Positions 31,948-42,040 of a stretch of DNA of 64,000 bases are shown piece after piece (the first letter of the stretch is position 1; every line of letters begins with the position of its first letter). The position numbers and the translations under genes were made by a program. This DNA comes from Candidatus Ozemobacteraceae bacterium (lineage in GTDB: Bacteria > Muiribacteriota > Ozemobacteria > Ozemobacterales > Ozemobacteraceae), in contig OZ223236.1 of assembly GCA_965140445.1 (NCBI GenBank), forward strand, positions 2,496,001 to 2,560,000. The letters run 5' to 3'. Under the pieces are notes generated by a model. That model made no database searches. It was not told the DNA's origin and saw only the letters and a list, made by a program, of their open reading frames with translations.

Positions 31948-32889
31948 TTACTCTTTTTTATCTTCATTTAAAATGGATTTGTTTTTATTATAGATGTTCA
32001 TAAGGGAAATGGATCTGAGAATCCAGCTTATTCCAATAAACATTACCAGCGAAGAAAGAGTTATGGTGAGCGATCCAACACTTTTTGAACGTGGTGGAGT
32101 GAAATCTGAAGGATCGGCAGCACCAGCAGCCTTAGCCCCATTTAAATACATGATTCTCGGTATAAGATGCTTGGGATCGATTTTTAAAACTTCCTGACCA
32201 TCAACAGTGAAGCAAAAGTCAAAACTGGATGATGCTAACAGACTGGCAGAAGATGCATTGTAATCGCCAAAAGGATATGCATACCAATTTACAGGCGTAT
32301 TTAATTTCTCTTCAATTTCTTTTTTTGCAAAATCGATTTCAGCCAATAGGTCTGTATTTTCAGCAAGTATTTTACTCACCTCTAAGTGTCTTTTTCCATG
32401 AAGTCCGATTTTTACTGAATAGCTTGATACTAATTCAGAAATTTCATCCCATGTGAGATATCCAGGTTTTCCAACTTCATCTGTAATGAGGAACAACGCT
32501 GAATTTATATTTCTCTTTTCTTTTAATGATTTTATGGCATTGCCGGAGGTTTTTAAACCATCATCAAAGGTGATTAGGAATTTTTTACCTTGATTAGAAT
32601 CACTTTTATACCAATTGGCAAATTCTTCAGCTGGGAGTGAAGAAAAACCATTGACTTGAAGGTCATGAATAAAACCTTCAAGCTTTTCCATAGTTAACTC
32701 CCATGGATGAGACGGGTCAGGTTTTACCCCGTGAAAAGTTAAAACCAGTAGAATTTCTTTATTGAACTGGCTCAACCCAACATAAAACCCGGCAAAACTT
32801 GCTACAATTAACAGAAAGCCGACAATAAGTGTAAAAATATAGGTTTTTCTTATTTTTTTTATTTCCGAGGGATTCATTTTATTTCTCAA
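31948..32889 (-). CDS. Polysaccharide deacetylase (CE4 family)
   Basis: ITFDDG, HGKRH and YAYPFG motifs. Confidence 0.9.
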   Translation of the reverse strand: MRNKMNPSEIKKIRKTYIFTLIVGFLLIVASFAGFYVGLSQFNKEILLVLTFHGVKPDPSHPWELTMEKLEGFIHDLQVNGFSSLPAEEFANWYKSDSNQGKKFLITFDDGLKTSGNAIKSLKEKRNINSALFLITDEVGKPGYLTWDEISELVSSYSVKIGLHGKRHLEVSKILAENTDLLAEIDFAKKEIEEKLNTPVNWYAYPFGDYNASSASLLASSSFDFCFTVDGQEVLKIDPKHLIPRIMYLNGAKAAGAADPSDFTPPRSKSVGSLTITLSSLVMFIGISWILRSISLMNIYNKNKSILNEDKKE

Positions 32890-33241
32890 GATCTTTTTTG
32901 CAGAAATCTACAAAATCAGAGTTTTTTATCAGGGCACCATCTAAAATGATGTTCACGGTTTTAAAGCGTTTTTTCACATCAGACACGATTTCAGGAATAT
33001 CATTTTCTAAGTGAGACCCGGGAAGAATAAACATTGGTTTTACGTGAATAGTATGGTTTCCATCGCTGCAAAGTTCTTCCAGAACATTCAGTAAATTTGG
33101 TTCACAGAATTGCAAATATGCTATTGCAGCATTTTTTTGTGTTTCAGCAGAAATTGTTTGTACAAATTCTTTTGCTGCCAAATTTGCCGAACTTTTTTTC
33201 GACCCATGGAAAACATATAAAAAGATGGTTTTCTTTTGCAT
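32879..33241 (-). CDS. CbiX/SirB-type chelatase domain protein
   Basis: HGS, AYLQFCEP and PGSHLENDIP motifs. Confidence 0.85.
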   Translation of the reverse strand: MQKKTIFLYVFHGSKKSSANLAAKEFVQTISAETQKNAAIAYLQFCEPNLLNVLEELCSDGNHTIHVKPMFILPGSHLENDIPEIVSDVKKRFKTVNIILDGALIKNSDFVDFCKKDLEK

Positions 33242-33294
33242 GCTGGAATGATACTTTATTGTAATAGTTTAGTAAACACACAGATGGACAAAAG

Positions 33295-34227
33295 ATGATT
33301 TTAACAGTCACACCCAATCCTCTTCTGGATTATGTATTGCATTGCAAAGAGCCTCCAGCACAAGGGGGGCACCGTGTTAAAGCCATAGATTTTACAATTG
33401 GCGGAAAAGGTATCAACGTTGCAAGAATGCTAAAAACCCTTGGACGTCCAGCTCTGGCTTTAACTTTTACCGGTGGCCCAAATGGAGAAAAAGTTAAGCA
33501 GGGTTTAAAGTCTCAAGGCATTTCATTTAGAAGTGTAGAAACTGAAGCTGAAACAAGATTAGGTATAAACTACGTAGTTGAAGAACCACATACACAAACA
33601 TGGTGGATCGAAGAAGGCCTTGAATTGAGTGAAAGCGAAATTTCATCAATGCTTGAAATGACTAGAGATTCACTTGATAAAACCAGCTTTTTAGCGCTTT
33701 CCGGAACAATTCCCGGAAAAAGAAATCAGGATTTTTATCGTCGCATAATAGAACTTGCCAGCCAATTTCCAGTCGAAATATTTTTAGATGCACGAGGCAA
33801 TGCTCTTAAAGAGGCCTGCAGGGTGGGGGGCTTTTTTCTTAAGCATAACCGGGAAGAGGCCATACAAACCTTCAACATTGATCCGTATGTTCCAGAAATG
33901 ACAGATTCGTTCATTAAAAAGCTTAAGGAATACAGAATAAACGGCTGTCTTGTTACAGATGGTCCAAATAAAGTTCTGTTATGGGATATGAATGATATTT
34001 ATTGGATTGCTCCAGCAAATTCCAGAGAAGTCTCTTCGGTTGGCTGTGGTGATGCTACTCTAGCTGGAATTCTTTTTGGAAGAGCTTCAAATATGAGTTT
34101 ACTGGATTCCATTAAATGGGGCCTTGCTGCTGGAGCTGCAGATGCAGAGTGCCCTGGGCCATGTGCAGCAGAATATGCTGAAATAGAGAAAAGGTTTTTT
34201 CAGATAGAGATTGCTTTTCGGGACTAA
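33295..34227 (+). CDS. 1-phosphofructokinase-family (PfkB) hexose kinase
   Basis: MILTVTPNP, GGKGINVAR and SVGCGD motifs. Confidence 0.9.
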   Translation: MILTVTPNPLLDYVLHCKEPPAQGGHRVKAIDFTIGGKGINVARMLKTLGRPALALTFTGGPNGEKVKQGLKSQGISFRSVETEAETRLGINYVVEEPHTQTWWIEEGLELSESEISSMLEMTRDSLDKTSFLALSGTIPGKRNQDFYRRIIELASQFPVEIFLDARGNALKEACRVGGFFLKHNREEAIQTFNIDPYVPEMTDSFIKKLKEYRINGCLVTDGPNKVLLWDMNDIYWIAPANSREVSSVGCGDATLAGILFGRASNMSLLDSIKWGLAAGAADAECPGPCAAEYAEIEKRFFQIEIAFRD

Positions 34228-34285
34228 CCGATTTGATTGTTTATCTGTATAATAGATATATAGAGTTATTTTGGGGGTACTGCAA

Positions 34286-37200
34286 ATGAATACCAAGAAA
34301 CATGTTCTCATGCTTAATTTTTTATTATTGGCATGCTTTCTGATGTCTCAGCCCTGTTGGGCATGTTCCGGTTCTGGTCCTGCCGATCCGGTAACAGGAA
34401 TGATAACTTACCCGCCAGAAGCAGGTAAGGGAACTGCAATTCCTAGTACATCCGATCTAGCTGGGACGCCTTTTGAAGGCGGGAAGTTTTATAAGGGATG
34501 GAAAGGCAAGGAAATGAAGTTGATGGTTGTTCCTGTGGGAACAACACTTGCCTTTGAAGGTGTGATCCAATCAACCACAGGATCTGCTCCAGAATATTGG
34601 GAAGAAGGTATTGAAAATGAGCTTAAGGGCACAACTGTTGATGAAGCCCCCAAGCCTACATGGACTATTTCTGGTAATGGTCGTGGAGATTTCAGAGGAA
34701 CTGTTCCTCCGACAGCCGCGGGATTTGATTTTAAAATGTTTGAACAACCCCCAAGTTGTATGATTGTCGATGATACCCCGGCAGTAAAAGCTCTATGGAA
34801 ACTCACATATGACAGGGATTCAGCTATTAGCATGTTGATGGCTGCCTGGAATGACCCTGTTCTGAAATTGTCTATCACTTCAGGAGGCGGGATTCCATCT
34901 GATTTTGATATGGACGAAGTTGTTTCATCTGGTCGTGAACCCATGGCTGATGATGGTGCAAAGGATTTGAATGAATATGAAATTAGTCCTACTGGGTCTG
35001 ATGGAGTAGATGGTTTAAGGGAAGGTCTTGATAGTACTTTAACTCAGAGGTCTGGTACAATTTTTGGAACTTCTGCTCCAATATCCAGAGATTTTGTTGA
35101 TCCCGATGGTAATCCTATCACAGTAACTTATCCCGAACAGGGAAGAATGATTGTTAAGGCTGGTTACATAGCAATGCAGGAGTGGTATCCAAGTGGAAGA
35201 TACAATACCAAATATTATATCACTCCTCCTTCAGCTGAAACTTACGAAGTTGGTAATTCTAAACTTCAGCTTTCTTTTAACACGCCTTCTATTCCTGACT
35301 TCTGGGTTATTGATCTTCATAGCGGATTAGAGTCTTGCAAAGATTGTATTTGGGCCTGGATTGAGCTTGAGGGAATCTTAAAGGCAGAAGGCTCAACTAT
35401 TAGCGATCCAACGGATATGAGAAATTTTTATGAAGTAATTCCTAACACCTATGCTGTAGGCGGTGTTTTTGTTCGTGGCTATTATCAGAGTGGAAACTCT
35501 TCAGCTGGAAGAAATACTAAAACCTATGTAGCTGTTGCCGACACTAGAAGTCCAGCACATTACCGTTGGCTGACATCTGGCTTGCAAGGGGAAACAGGAA
35601 AAACTTTGGGCGAAACAAATAGCGTTGTAAAGTTTAGAGTGTTTGATAATAACCCCGTTATTGGCGCATCATCTTTTAATAGTGTATTTACTGAGCCAGA
35701 TCTGGAAGGCCTTTCTGCTTTCCAATTTGTTCCTGCTACTTTAAAGCCAGTAATTGGTGCAACTTCTATCGGAGAAGTTTTTACAAAGTATCTTGCACCA
35801 TTTCAAGATGCGACAACAGAATTTCCAAGGGAGCTTCTTAAGCCAGAACTTTACTATTCATATTGTTCTCCTGCTTACGCTAGCTTGAAGGTTAAATCTG
35901 GCGCACAAAAAGAATACCCTGGTCCCATCCCAATTGTTAATGATAGAGTTGTTTACCCTCTTCAACGATTCCTCTGGACTAAGGTCGATTCAGATAGTAT
36001 TACAGTAGATAATTTTAAAATGTACACTCCAGATGGTAATACATGTACATCTTTGGGTGATCTTCTTGATATGCCAAACTGGAAGGGCTACAGCTCCTAT
36101 GACGTTACGGTCAATATGACTACAGGGGCAAAAGAACCAATGGGATTTGGCTATTCAGATAAATCTAAGGGTTATGCAATTTCTTTGAACGATCTAGAGT
36201 TAGAAACCCCCGCAACTTCTAAGTTAGCCGATGGGGTCCCTGTTGCTGATGGAAAAATCAGATTTTGGGGCTGGGAAGACAAGGGAGTGAAAATGTTTGG
36301 GGCGGCCGGAGATGGCGTTAATCAATCGCCAAGGGCAAGTTCTGTTGAAAAGATAATTAACTCGAAATTTGCCGCAATGCCAAGACCTATCTCCGAGCCC
36401 AAAAAGGTCGATTATGTGTGTTTCTCAGAAGAGCCAACAACATTTAACCATTTGTTATCTGGACAAACTTTAACCACAATCTGTATGGGTGATGTGTTAG
36501 GAAATGCCTGCAACTATCCTCCTTCAATCCCTCCAGCAGAGCTTCCAATAGATTTTGCCTGGGGAAAATTCCAATATATCTCTTCGTTAGAAGATAAAGG
36601 TAAACCAAATATTGCTCTTGAAGTTCTTAACTCCAAGAATGAGAAGCGTGTAATTTATGGAAACCTTTATGCAGATGGAGAGCATGAGAAAATTTGTGAA
36701 GCGCTAACTGGTGCTGGAGCATCAAATTGGGTTGGCCTTGTTGGATCAAATTCTGAATCTGTTGCTTATACCTCTGCTGCAGCATACGATTCTAACGATT
36801 TTTGGGAATTTAAAGATAAGGTTGATGATGATCTGTATATGGCAATGAAATCCAATATGGATGAGGGAAAATTTCAGCCTTGGTTGTTTGCTTTCCCAGC
36901 GGCCTTTAATAATAACAAGATTTGGCCAAAAGGTTATTGGAACGGGGTTGATACCTATAATTCAGATCGTCTTGCTTTCCACCAAGGATCTAGCGATCGT
37001 CTTGTTTTCAGATACTGGACATGGGATAACATTAATATGCTTTATCCTGGTCATACCAATTTTCCTTGTGGAGTTAAAGAGCTTCCAGGTGATGGTGCAG
37101 CAGCAATGTATTCGAATTCAAGGTTTAAAAATGTGATTGGATTTCAAACCTGTGGTGTTAAGCTCATTGACAGACCAGGTAACAATGGCGAGGTTTTGAA

Positions 37201-37402
37201 TAACAAAAAAGTCTGGTGGCCAGATTACATTTTTCATAATCCTTCAAGCGGCGATACACAGGAATGTTCTTTGCAGTTAACCTGTGAGGATGAAAGTGGA
37301 AATGAAAGAAAGCTTAAGCTTTGGTTCAATGTTATTGCACCGAAAAAAGAAATGATCAGGACTCTTGAAGATAAGAGAAACAGGCTCGATAGAAGAGATT
37401 AA
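34286..37402 (+). CDS. Large secreted hypothetical protein (about 1040 aa)
   Basis: Signal peptide; no recognised domain; own terminator; start placed at MNTKK. Confidence 0.7.
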   Translation: MNTKKHVLMLNFLLLACFLMSQPCWACSGSGPADPVTGMITYPPEAGKGTAIPSTSDLAGTPFEGGKFYKGWKGKEMKLMVVPVGTTLAFEGVIQSTTGSAPEYWEEGIENELKGTTVDEAPKPTWTISGNGRGDFRGTVPPTAAGFDFKMFEQPPSCMIVDDTPAVKALWKLTYDRDSAISMLMAAWNDPVLKLSITSGGGIPSDFDMDEVVSSGREPMADDGAKDLNEYEISPTGSDGVDGLREGLDSTLTQRSGTIFGTSAPISRDFVDPDGNPITVTYPEQGRMIVKAGYIAMQEWYPSGRYNTKYYITPPSAETYEVGNSKLQLSFNTPSIPDFWVIDLHSGLESCKDCIWAWIELEGILKAEGSTISDPTDMRNFYEVIPNTYAVGGVFVRGYYQSGNSSAGRNTKTYVAVADTRSPAHYRWLTSGLQGETGKTLGETNSVVKFRVFDNNPVIGASSFNSVFTEPDLEGLSAFQFVPATLKPVIGATSIGEVFTKYLAPFQDATTEFPRELLKPELYYSYCSPAYASLKVKSGAQKEYPGPIPIVNDRVVYPLQRFLWTKVDSDSITVDNFKMYTPDGNTCTSLGDLLDMPNWKGYSSYDVTVNMTTGAKEPMGFGYSDKSKGYAISLNDLELETPATSKLADGVPVADGKIRFWGWEDKGVKMFGAAGDGVNQSPRASSVEKIINSKFAAMPRPISEPKKVDYVCFSEEPTTFNHLLSGQTLTTICMGDVLGNACNYPPSIPPAELPIDFAWGKFQYISSLEDKGKPNIALEVLNSKNEKRVIYGNLYADGEHEKICEALTGAGASNWVGLVGSNSESVAYTSAAAYDSNDFWEFKDKVDDDLYMAMKSNMDEGKFQPWLFAFPAAFNNNKIWPKGYWNGVDTYNSDRLAFHQGSSDRLVFRYWTWDNINMLYPGHTNFPCGVKELPGDGAAAMYSNSRFKNVIGFQTCGVKLIDRPGNNGEVLNNKKVWWPDYIFHNPSSGDTQECSLQLTCEDESGNERKLKLWFNVIAPKKEMIRTLEDKRNRLDRRD

Positions 37403-37421
37403 TCGGCCGGTAGTAAAAAAT

Positions 37422-37461
37422 AAAAAAGCCTCTGCACGTTATAAAGTGCAGAGGCTTTTTT
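37422..37461 (+). terminator. Intrinsic terminator
   Basis: AAAAAAGCCTCTGCAC...GTGCAGAGGCTTTTTT. Confidence 0.85.
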
Positions 37462-37664
37462 TATGACATTCGTATCATCTACAATTTTGTTGAGCTTTTA
37501 TAATTGTGTTGTAATTTTGTTAGTTTGGATATTGCTAAAAATAATTGCCTAAGGGAAATTTTAAAAGGGGCATTGTGCCATTTGAAAAGCTTTTCTTATC
37601 AAGATCTTGGCATGCGTTTAATTAATAAATATTTTGAAAAGGAAATAAGGCAAAACAAGGCAAA

Positions 37665-37703
37665 AAAAGCTCCCCCAATCCCTAGAGGAGTGGGGGAGCT
37701 TTT
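37665..37703 (-). terminator. Intrinsic terminator of the second pilin cassette
   Basis: AAAAGCTCCCCCA...TGGGGGAGCTTTT. Confidence 0.8.
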
Positions 37704-37707
37704 GCTT

Positions 37708-38922
37708 TTATTCCAGATGCTGTGTTCCGGTTTTCATAAAATATTCACGAACTTCTTTCGCGCGTTGATCATTAGCAGGATTTAATTGAATAATTTTACT
37801 ACGGGCTTCTTTAGCCATTTGGGAACTGGGATAACTTTGCATTATTTTCCGGTATAAATTGATGGCACTTTTTTCCGAGCCTTTTTGCTTTCCGTAAAGG
37901 TCTCCTAATACCATTAACTTGCTGGGATCCGGGTTTTTCATGTCTACTGTTCTGGAGATCAAACTGATTGCTTTGGATGGGTTGCTTTCCATTTCAGCCA
38001 AGCCTTCCTGATAAATTTGTTCAGGATCCATTCCTTCGTATGGGTCAACCCATTTTGATTTAAACGAAACAGGTTTTTCTTCGCTATTAACGGTAGCGAT
38101 TTTAGTTTGGGCAGAGTTTGTTCTGGCTATTGAGGGAGCGGCTTGTGGTATGATCGTAGTTGGTTTTTTCTGAATGGGCTTGATTTTTGAAGTGGTTTTT
38201 GTTGCAGCTGGGGCTTCAAGAAGGCTGGTAATTTCCTTCAATCTGGCTTTGGCCATATCAATTTTTTTATGCTCTGGATTTTCTTTTACAAAGCTTTGCA
38301 AATAAGACTTAGCTAATTTGTATTCTCCAATGTAAAAATTTAAAAAACCAAGATACATGCTGGATTCTGGAGTTTTGGGATTTTGCTTTCCAAAATAAGT
38401 GAGTCCTGCTTGGAAAATTTTCTCAAGATCCTGGGCTAATAAATCTCTGTCAGCTTCTATTGCTTCGATAAAAAGATCGAAGCCTTCGATTTCCTGGTTG
38501 AATTTAATTTTATATCTGGCTTTTTGTAGCAGCGCAAGCGCTTCGCTTTTCTCTTTTGGAAGGCCAGCTACAGAGGTTTGAGACTTAATTATTTGCTCAA
38601 GCCTCCCAATCCTTGTAGAAAGTCCAGGAATCCCAATCTTTAGGTCTCTAGCTCTGTAAAGAGCTTTTAAGGCTTTTTCATAGCTGTCGGTTGCTTCAAA
38701 AACATAGCCAAGGGCAAGCCAAAGCCTATAGGAGGTTCTATCTACTTTAAGTGAACGAATTAATAGTTTTTGAGCATCTTCATATTTTTGTTTTTTCATT
38801 AAATCCTGAGTGTGTTTCAGGACTGATGAAACGTCCAAAGCTTGGGCGAAAATATTGCTTGAAGAAAAAACAAAACCAATTAGTAAAAAAAGAATGGAAA
38901 AAGCTTTTCGCATAGAAATCAT
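37708..38922 (-). CDS. Exported TPR protein
   Basis: Signal peptide; several TPR-like helices. Confidence 0.8.
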   Translation of the reverse strand: MISMRKAFSILFLLIGFVFSSSNIFAQALDVSSVLKHTQDLMKKQKYEDAQKLLIRSLKVDRTSYRLWLALGYVFEATDSYEKALKALYRARDLKIGIPGLSTRIGRLEQIIKSQTSVAGLPKEKSEALALLQKARYKIKFNQEIEGFDLFIEAIEADRDLLAQDLEKIFQAGLTYFGKQNPKTPESSMYLGFLNFYIGEYKLAKSYLQSFVKENPEHKKIDMAKARLKEITSLLEAPAATKTTSKIKPIQKKPTTIIPQAAPSIARTNSAQTKIATVNSEEKPVSFKSKWVDPYEGMDPEQIYQEGLAEMESNPSKAISLISRTVDMKNPDPSKLMVLGDLYGKQKGSEKSAINLYRKIMQSYPSSQMAKEARSKIIQLNPANDQRAKEVREYFMKTGTQHLE

Positions 38923-38925
38923 CCC

Positions 38926-39522
38926 CTATTTAATAATTCTCTGTAATTCGATTTTTTTGGTGACGCGCTCATGTCTTCCAAGCTTGCTTACTCTGGGGTC
39001 AAAAGCGGTTCCTTCTGCGGTTATCATTGCAACTTCTTTAACTGAACCATCGGTGTCGGAAGTGTAATAGGTTGTCACTTCAATATTTTTAACTTCATAT
39101 CCCCATTTAAATTCTGGGTCGTCAAGCATTTTGTAATCATCTCCGCCGTCATTCATTGCATCAAGGGGCAGGTAATTTGAGTTTAAGTCAAAAAGAAAAT
39201 GTTGCATCGGGATTTCAGACTTTTTTGCACCACTTAAATCAGTTGCAACAAGATTGTCCCCGTATGGATTAAAAAATGGGCAAATTCCTTTTTTTACGCT
39301 TCCTGCATCATAGGCCTCTCTATGCAATAGTCTTACTTTTAAAAGGGCATGCTGAATTCCCGCCATAGCCATGTAATGAGCCTGCTTTTGATTCATATTA
39401 GAAAGCCCTTGCCGTCTTGTTTCTTTGCGGCTATAGGTTAAAGAGAATACGAAAACTGAAGCTATCAAAAGAAATAGCATTACAACCGGGATAACCATTC
39501 CTCTTTTCAGGTTAATTTTCAT
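38926..39522 (-). CDS. PilX-like pilin protein
   Basis: KRG|MVIPVVML without Glu+5; QAHYMAMAGIQHA. Confidence 0.7.
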   Translation of the reverse strand: MKINLKRGMVIPVVMLFLLIASVFVFSLTYSRKETRRQGLSNMNQKQAHYMAMAGIQHALLKVRLLHREAYDAGSVKKGICPFFNPYGDNLVATDLSGAKKSEIPMQHFLFDLNSNYLPLDAMNDGGDDYKMLDDPEFKWGYEVKNIEVTTYYTSDTDGSVKEVAMITAEGTAFDPRVSKLGRHERVTKKIELQRIIK

Positions 39523-40076
39523 AATCTGGCCTTTCTTGAATACAAGATTATTGGTCTTTTTCCCCAGTTTGAATCAGCAGTTCCAGTTGGTTTATAGTCT
39601 ACAATTAACTTTATATCGCAAAGATCGAAACTATTTCCTGCACCTATTGAGTAAGCATCAATGGTTTCCTTGTCCAGAAGTCGAAGATCTTTGTCCTCTG
39701 GAACCACTTGAGTCGCATCCAAAGTGTTTTTTTCAACACCATTCGGGCATGGCGGATGATACATTATTTTGGGGGCTCTTATGTTTGTCCATGGTATTTC
39801 TCGGACGTAGACCATATATCTGATGTCTGTGTCGCCTCTGGTAATATTAACCCATGCAGTATCACTGGCAATGTTTCCAGGGTTATATTCCATTTTCATA
39901 AGTATATGATCCATAAGATCGCAGGCGTATTGCATGGCTTCTGTTTCTGCTCTGTCAAACTTTGTTCCACTTGACTGGGAAGAAATCATTCTGCTAAGCG
40001 GAACAATACAAACAGCCATAATTAGCACGCCAAGCATTATTTCGACAAAGGTAACGCCACTTTTGGTAGAAGTCAT
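39519..40076 (-). CDS. Type IV prepilin-like protein
   Basis: KSG|VTFVEIMLGVLI. Confidence 0.8.
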   Translation of the reverse strand: MTSTKSGVTFVEIMLGVLIMAVCIVPLSRMISSQSSGTKFDRAETEAMQYACDLMDHILMKMEYNPGNIASDTAWVNITRGDTDIRYMVYVREIPWTNIRAPKIMYHPPCPNGVEKNTLDATQVVPEDKDLRLLDKETIDAYSIGAGNSFDLCDIKLIVDYKPTGTADSNWGKRPIILYSRKARL

Positions 40077-40771
40077 GGCATTCCCCCTTTCTTAACAGGG
40101 ACTTCAAATGGAGCCTCCATGGTCTCTGTTACTGAAGTTTTTGGGTATTTGGGATGGTTTGCTGTAACCTTTATTATGACGAAATTTCTATTTCCAACTG
40201 ACAATTCATCTGGATCAGCTACTTCTCTGAGGTTTATTTCTATTTTTGATGGATTATCCGCTAATACCTGGGTTAGTTCTTGCGTTTTAGTTGCAACCCC
40301 GGCTGGTTGAGAGTCAATGATTCTGCGATAAATAAGCTTTTTACTTTCAATAAAAAGAGCGCCTGAAACCACTTCGGGGGGCACGTCTGCTTCACCCGGG
40401 AGACCACTTTTGCCCGTTTGGCTGATAAAAAAGTGTAAAACTTTCTCGTCTCCTGCATCAAACCCTTTTGAAAAAGGAATGCTAGAGGGTACATAAAGAA
40501 ATTTTTCTCTGTCTCCATTGCCAGTATCAAATTCACTTGTTCCCTTTTGAGAAACAACTTCTGGTTTGGAAGCTTTGGTAATTTCACCTCGGAGAAGCAT
40601 TAAGCCATTTCTAAGATGGTTCGTTGTAGAAATTGTCCAGGCTCCAACTTCTCTTGACCTTGCAAAGGCTGAAAATAGTTGATAAACGCCAGTAAAAAGC
40701 ATGGCCATGATCGTAGAACCGATAAGCAGTTCAACGACAGTGAATCCTTTTTGTCGAAATACGCTCAACAT
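40073..40771 (-). CDS. Type IV prepilin-like protein
   Basis: QKG|FTVVELLIG. Confidence 0.85.
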   Translation of the reverse strand: MLSVFRQKGFTVVELLIGSTIMAMLFTGVYQLFSAFARSREVGAWTISTTNHLRNGLMLLRGEITKASKPEVVSQKGTSEFDTGNGDREKFLYVPSSIPFSKGFDAGDEKVLHFFISQTGKSGLPGEADVPPEVVSGALFIESKKLIYRRIIDSQPAGVATKTQELTQVLADNPSKIEINLREVADPDELSVGNRNFVIIKVTANHPKYPKTSVTETMEAPFEVPVKKGGMP

Positions 40772-40860
40772 TTATTTCCCCAATCTTTCTCTACTATATA
40801 ACTAAGTATAGTATATTTTTCTGTGATTTACATGAAGTTGATGGAAAACAAATAAAAAAA

Positions 40861-40896
40861 GCTGTCTTTTCAACAAATAATGTTTGAAAAGACAGC
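40861..40896 (-). terminator. Intrinsic terminator
   Basis: GCTGTCTTTTCAA...TTGAAAAGACAGC with an A run on its left. Confidence 0.75.
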
Positions 40897-40909
40897 CTTT
40901 AAATTCGTT

Positions 40910-41932
40910 TTATAACCCTTTTTCTTTCATGTAGTCTTCCATGGTTTTTCCTTCTTTTTCAAGCTTTTTCTTAAGCTCATCCTGCCCAGGAAGTTCTCCA
41001 CGTTTTTGTTTTTCAATGATTGTAGCCTTGATTTCTTCCAATACAGCTTCTCTGTCTTCGTCACTAGTAGCGTCTTCAAGTTTGGCTCTTGCATCTGAAA
41101 TCATATCGTCAATTTTTTGTCGGTCTTCATCGTTAATTTTCTGACTTCCGCTGCCTATAAGCTCTTCAAGGTCTCTTTGTGTGAATTCGCCTGCTTCAAT
41201 TGTATCAAGAAGCTTCTCTTTATTTGAACGGTTTAAATAGTCAAATTTGTGGGTGATAACAAACTCTTCATTTGGATCTTCAACGTAATCCAATGCACGC
41301 ATGTAAACTTCTGCTGCCTTGTCTTTTTTGTTAGATATTTCATATAAAAAAGCAAGCTGTAGCATTGGTTCTTTTTTCCATTCGCTACCTTCAAAAGATG
41401 CTTTTAAAGCACCTTCATAAATGGATATTGCAGATTCCAGCAATTTAAAGTTTTTATATCTGAGTGGAGGGTTAAGCCGGAAGGCTTGAAAAAGGGTAAC
41501 TGCAAGCTTAACTTTTTGAGGGCTGGCTTGATTTTTCTGGTAGACATCAAACTTCTCTTTACCAGAAGAGTTGAAGTCTTCCTGGAGGTTTTTTATTTTC
41601 TTTTTGGAGGATTTTAGCTTACTGTTGTATTCTTCGCCTTTGTCTGGTGATGGGCGTGATCTTGAAACTATTTCAAGATTGTTTTTGGCTTCAATAAATT
41701 CATTCCTTTTGTATTGCACCTGTCCAAGAATGTAACGATAAATTGCATTATCAGGTTCGAGCTTTAATGCTTCGATTAGATTTTGCTCAGCTGTCTCTAA
41801 TTCTTTTGCCATAAAGGCGGCTTCAGCTTTTTTAAAAAATGCTTCTGCTTCAGGATTTAATTCTGCACACCAAATTCCCATAGGAAATATAAGTAAGCAG
41901 GACAATGCAAAAACCAAAATTGACTTTTTCAT
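40910..41932 (-). CDS. Exported TPR protein
   Basis: Signal peptide; ALKLEPDNAIYRYILGQVQY. Confidence 0.8.
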   Translation of the reverse strand: MKKSILVFALSCLLIFPMGIWCAELNPEAEAFFKKAEAAFMAKELETAEQNLIEALKLEPDNAIYRYILGQVQYKRNEFIEAKNNLEIVSRSRPSPDKGEEYNSKLKSSKKKIKNLQEDFNSSGKEKFDVYQKNQASPQKVKLAVTLFQAFRLNPPLRYKNFKLLESAISIYEGALKASFEGSEWKKEPMLQLAFLYEISNKKDKAAEVYMRALDYVEDPNEEFVITHKFDYLNRSNKEKLLDTIEAGEFTQRDLEELIGSGSQKINDEDRQKIDDMISDARAKLEDATSDEDREAVLEEIKATIIEKQKRGELPGQDELKKKLEKEGKTMEDYMKEKGL

Positions 41933-42040
41933 GCTTTCCTCTGCTATATTGACTTAGTTACTTTAATCATATCAGATTAGATTTCAATTGTCATTATACT
42001 GTGGTTGTTGCTCAATGTCATTGGTCAGGAAATTTTTTAG

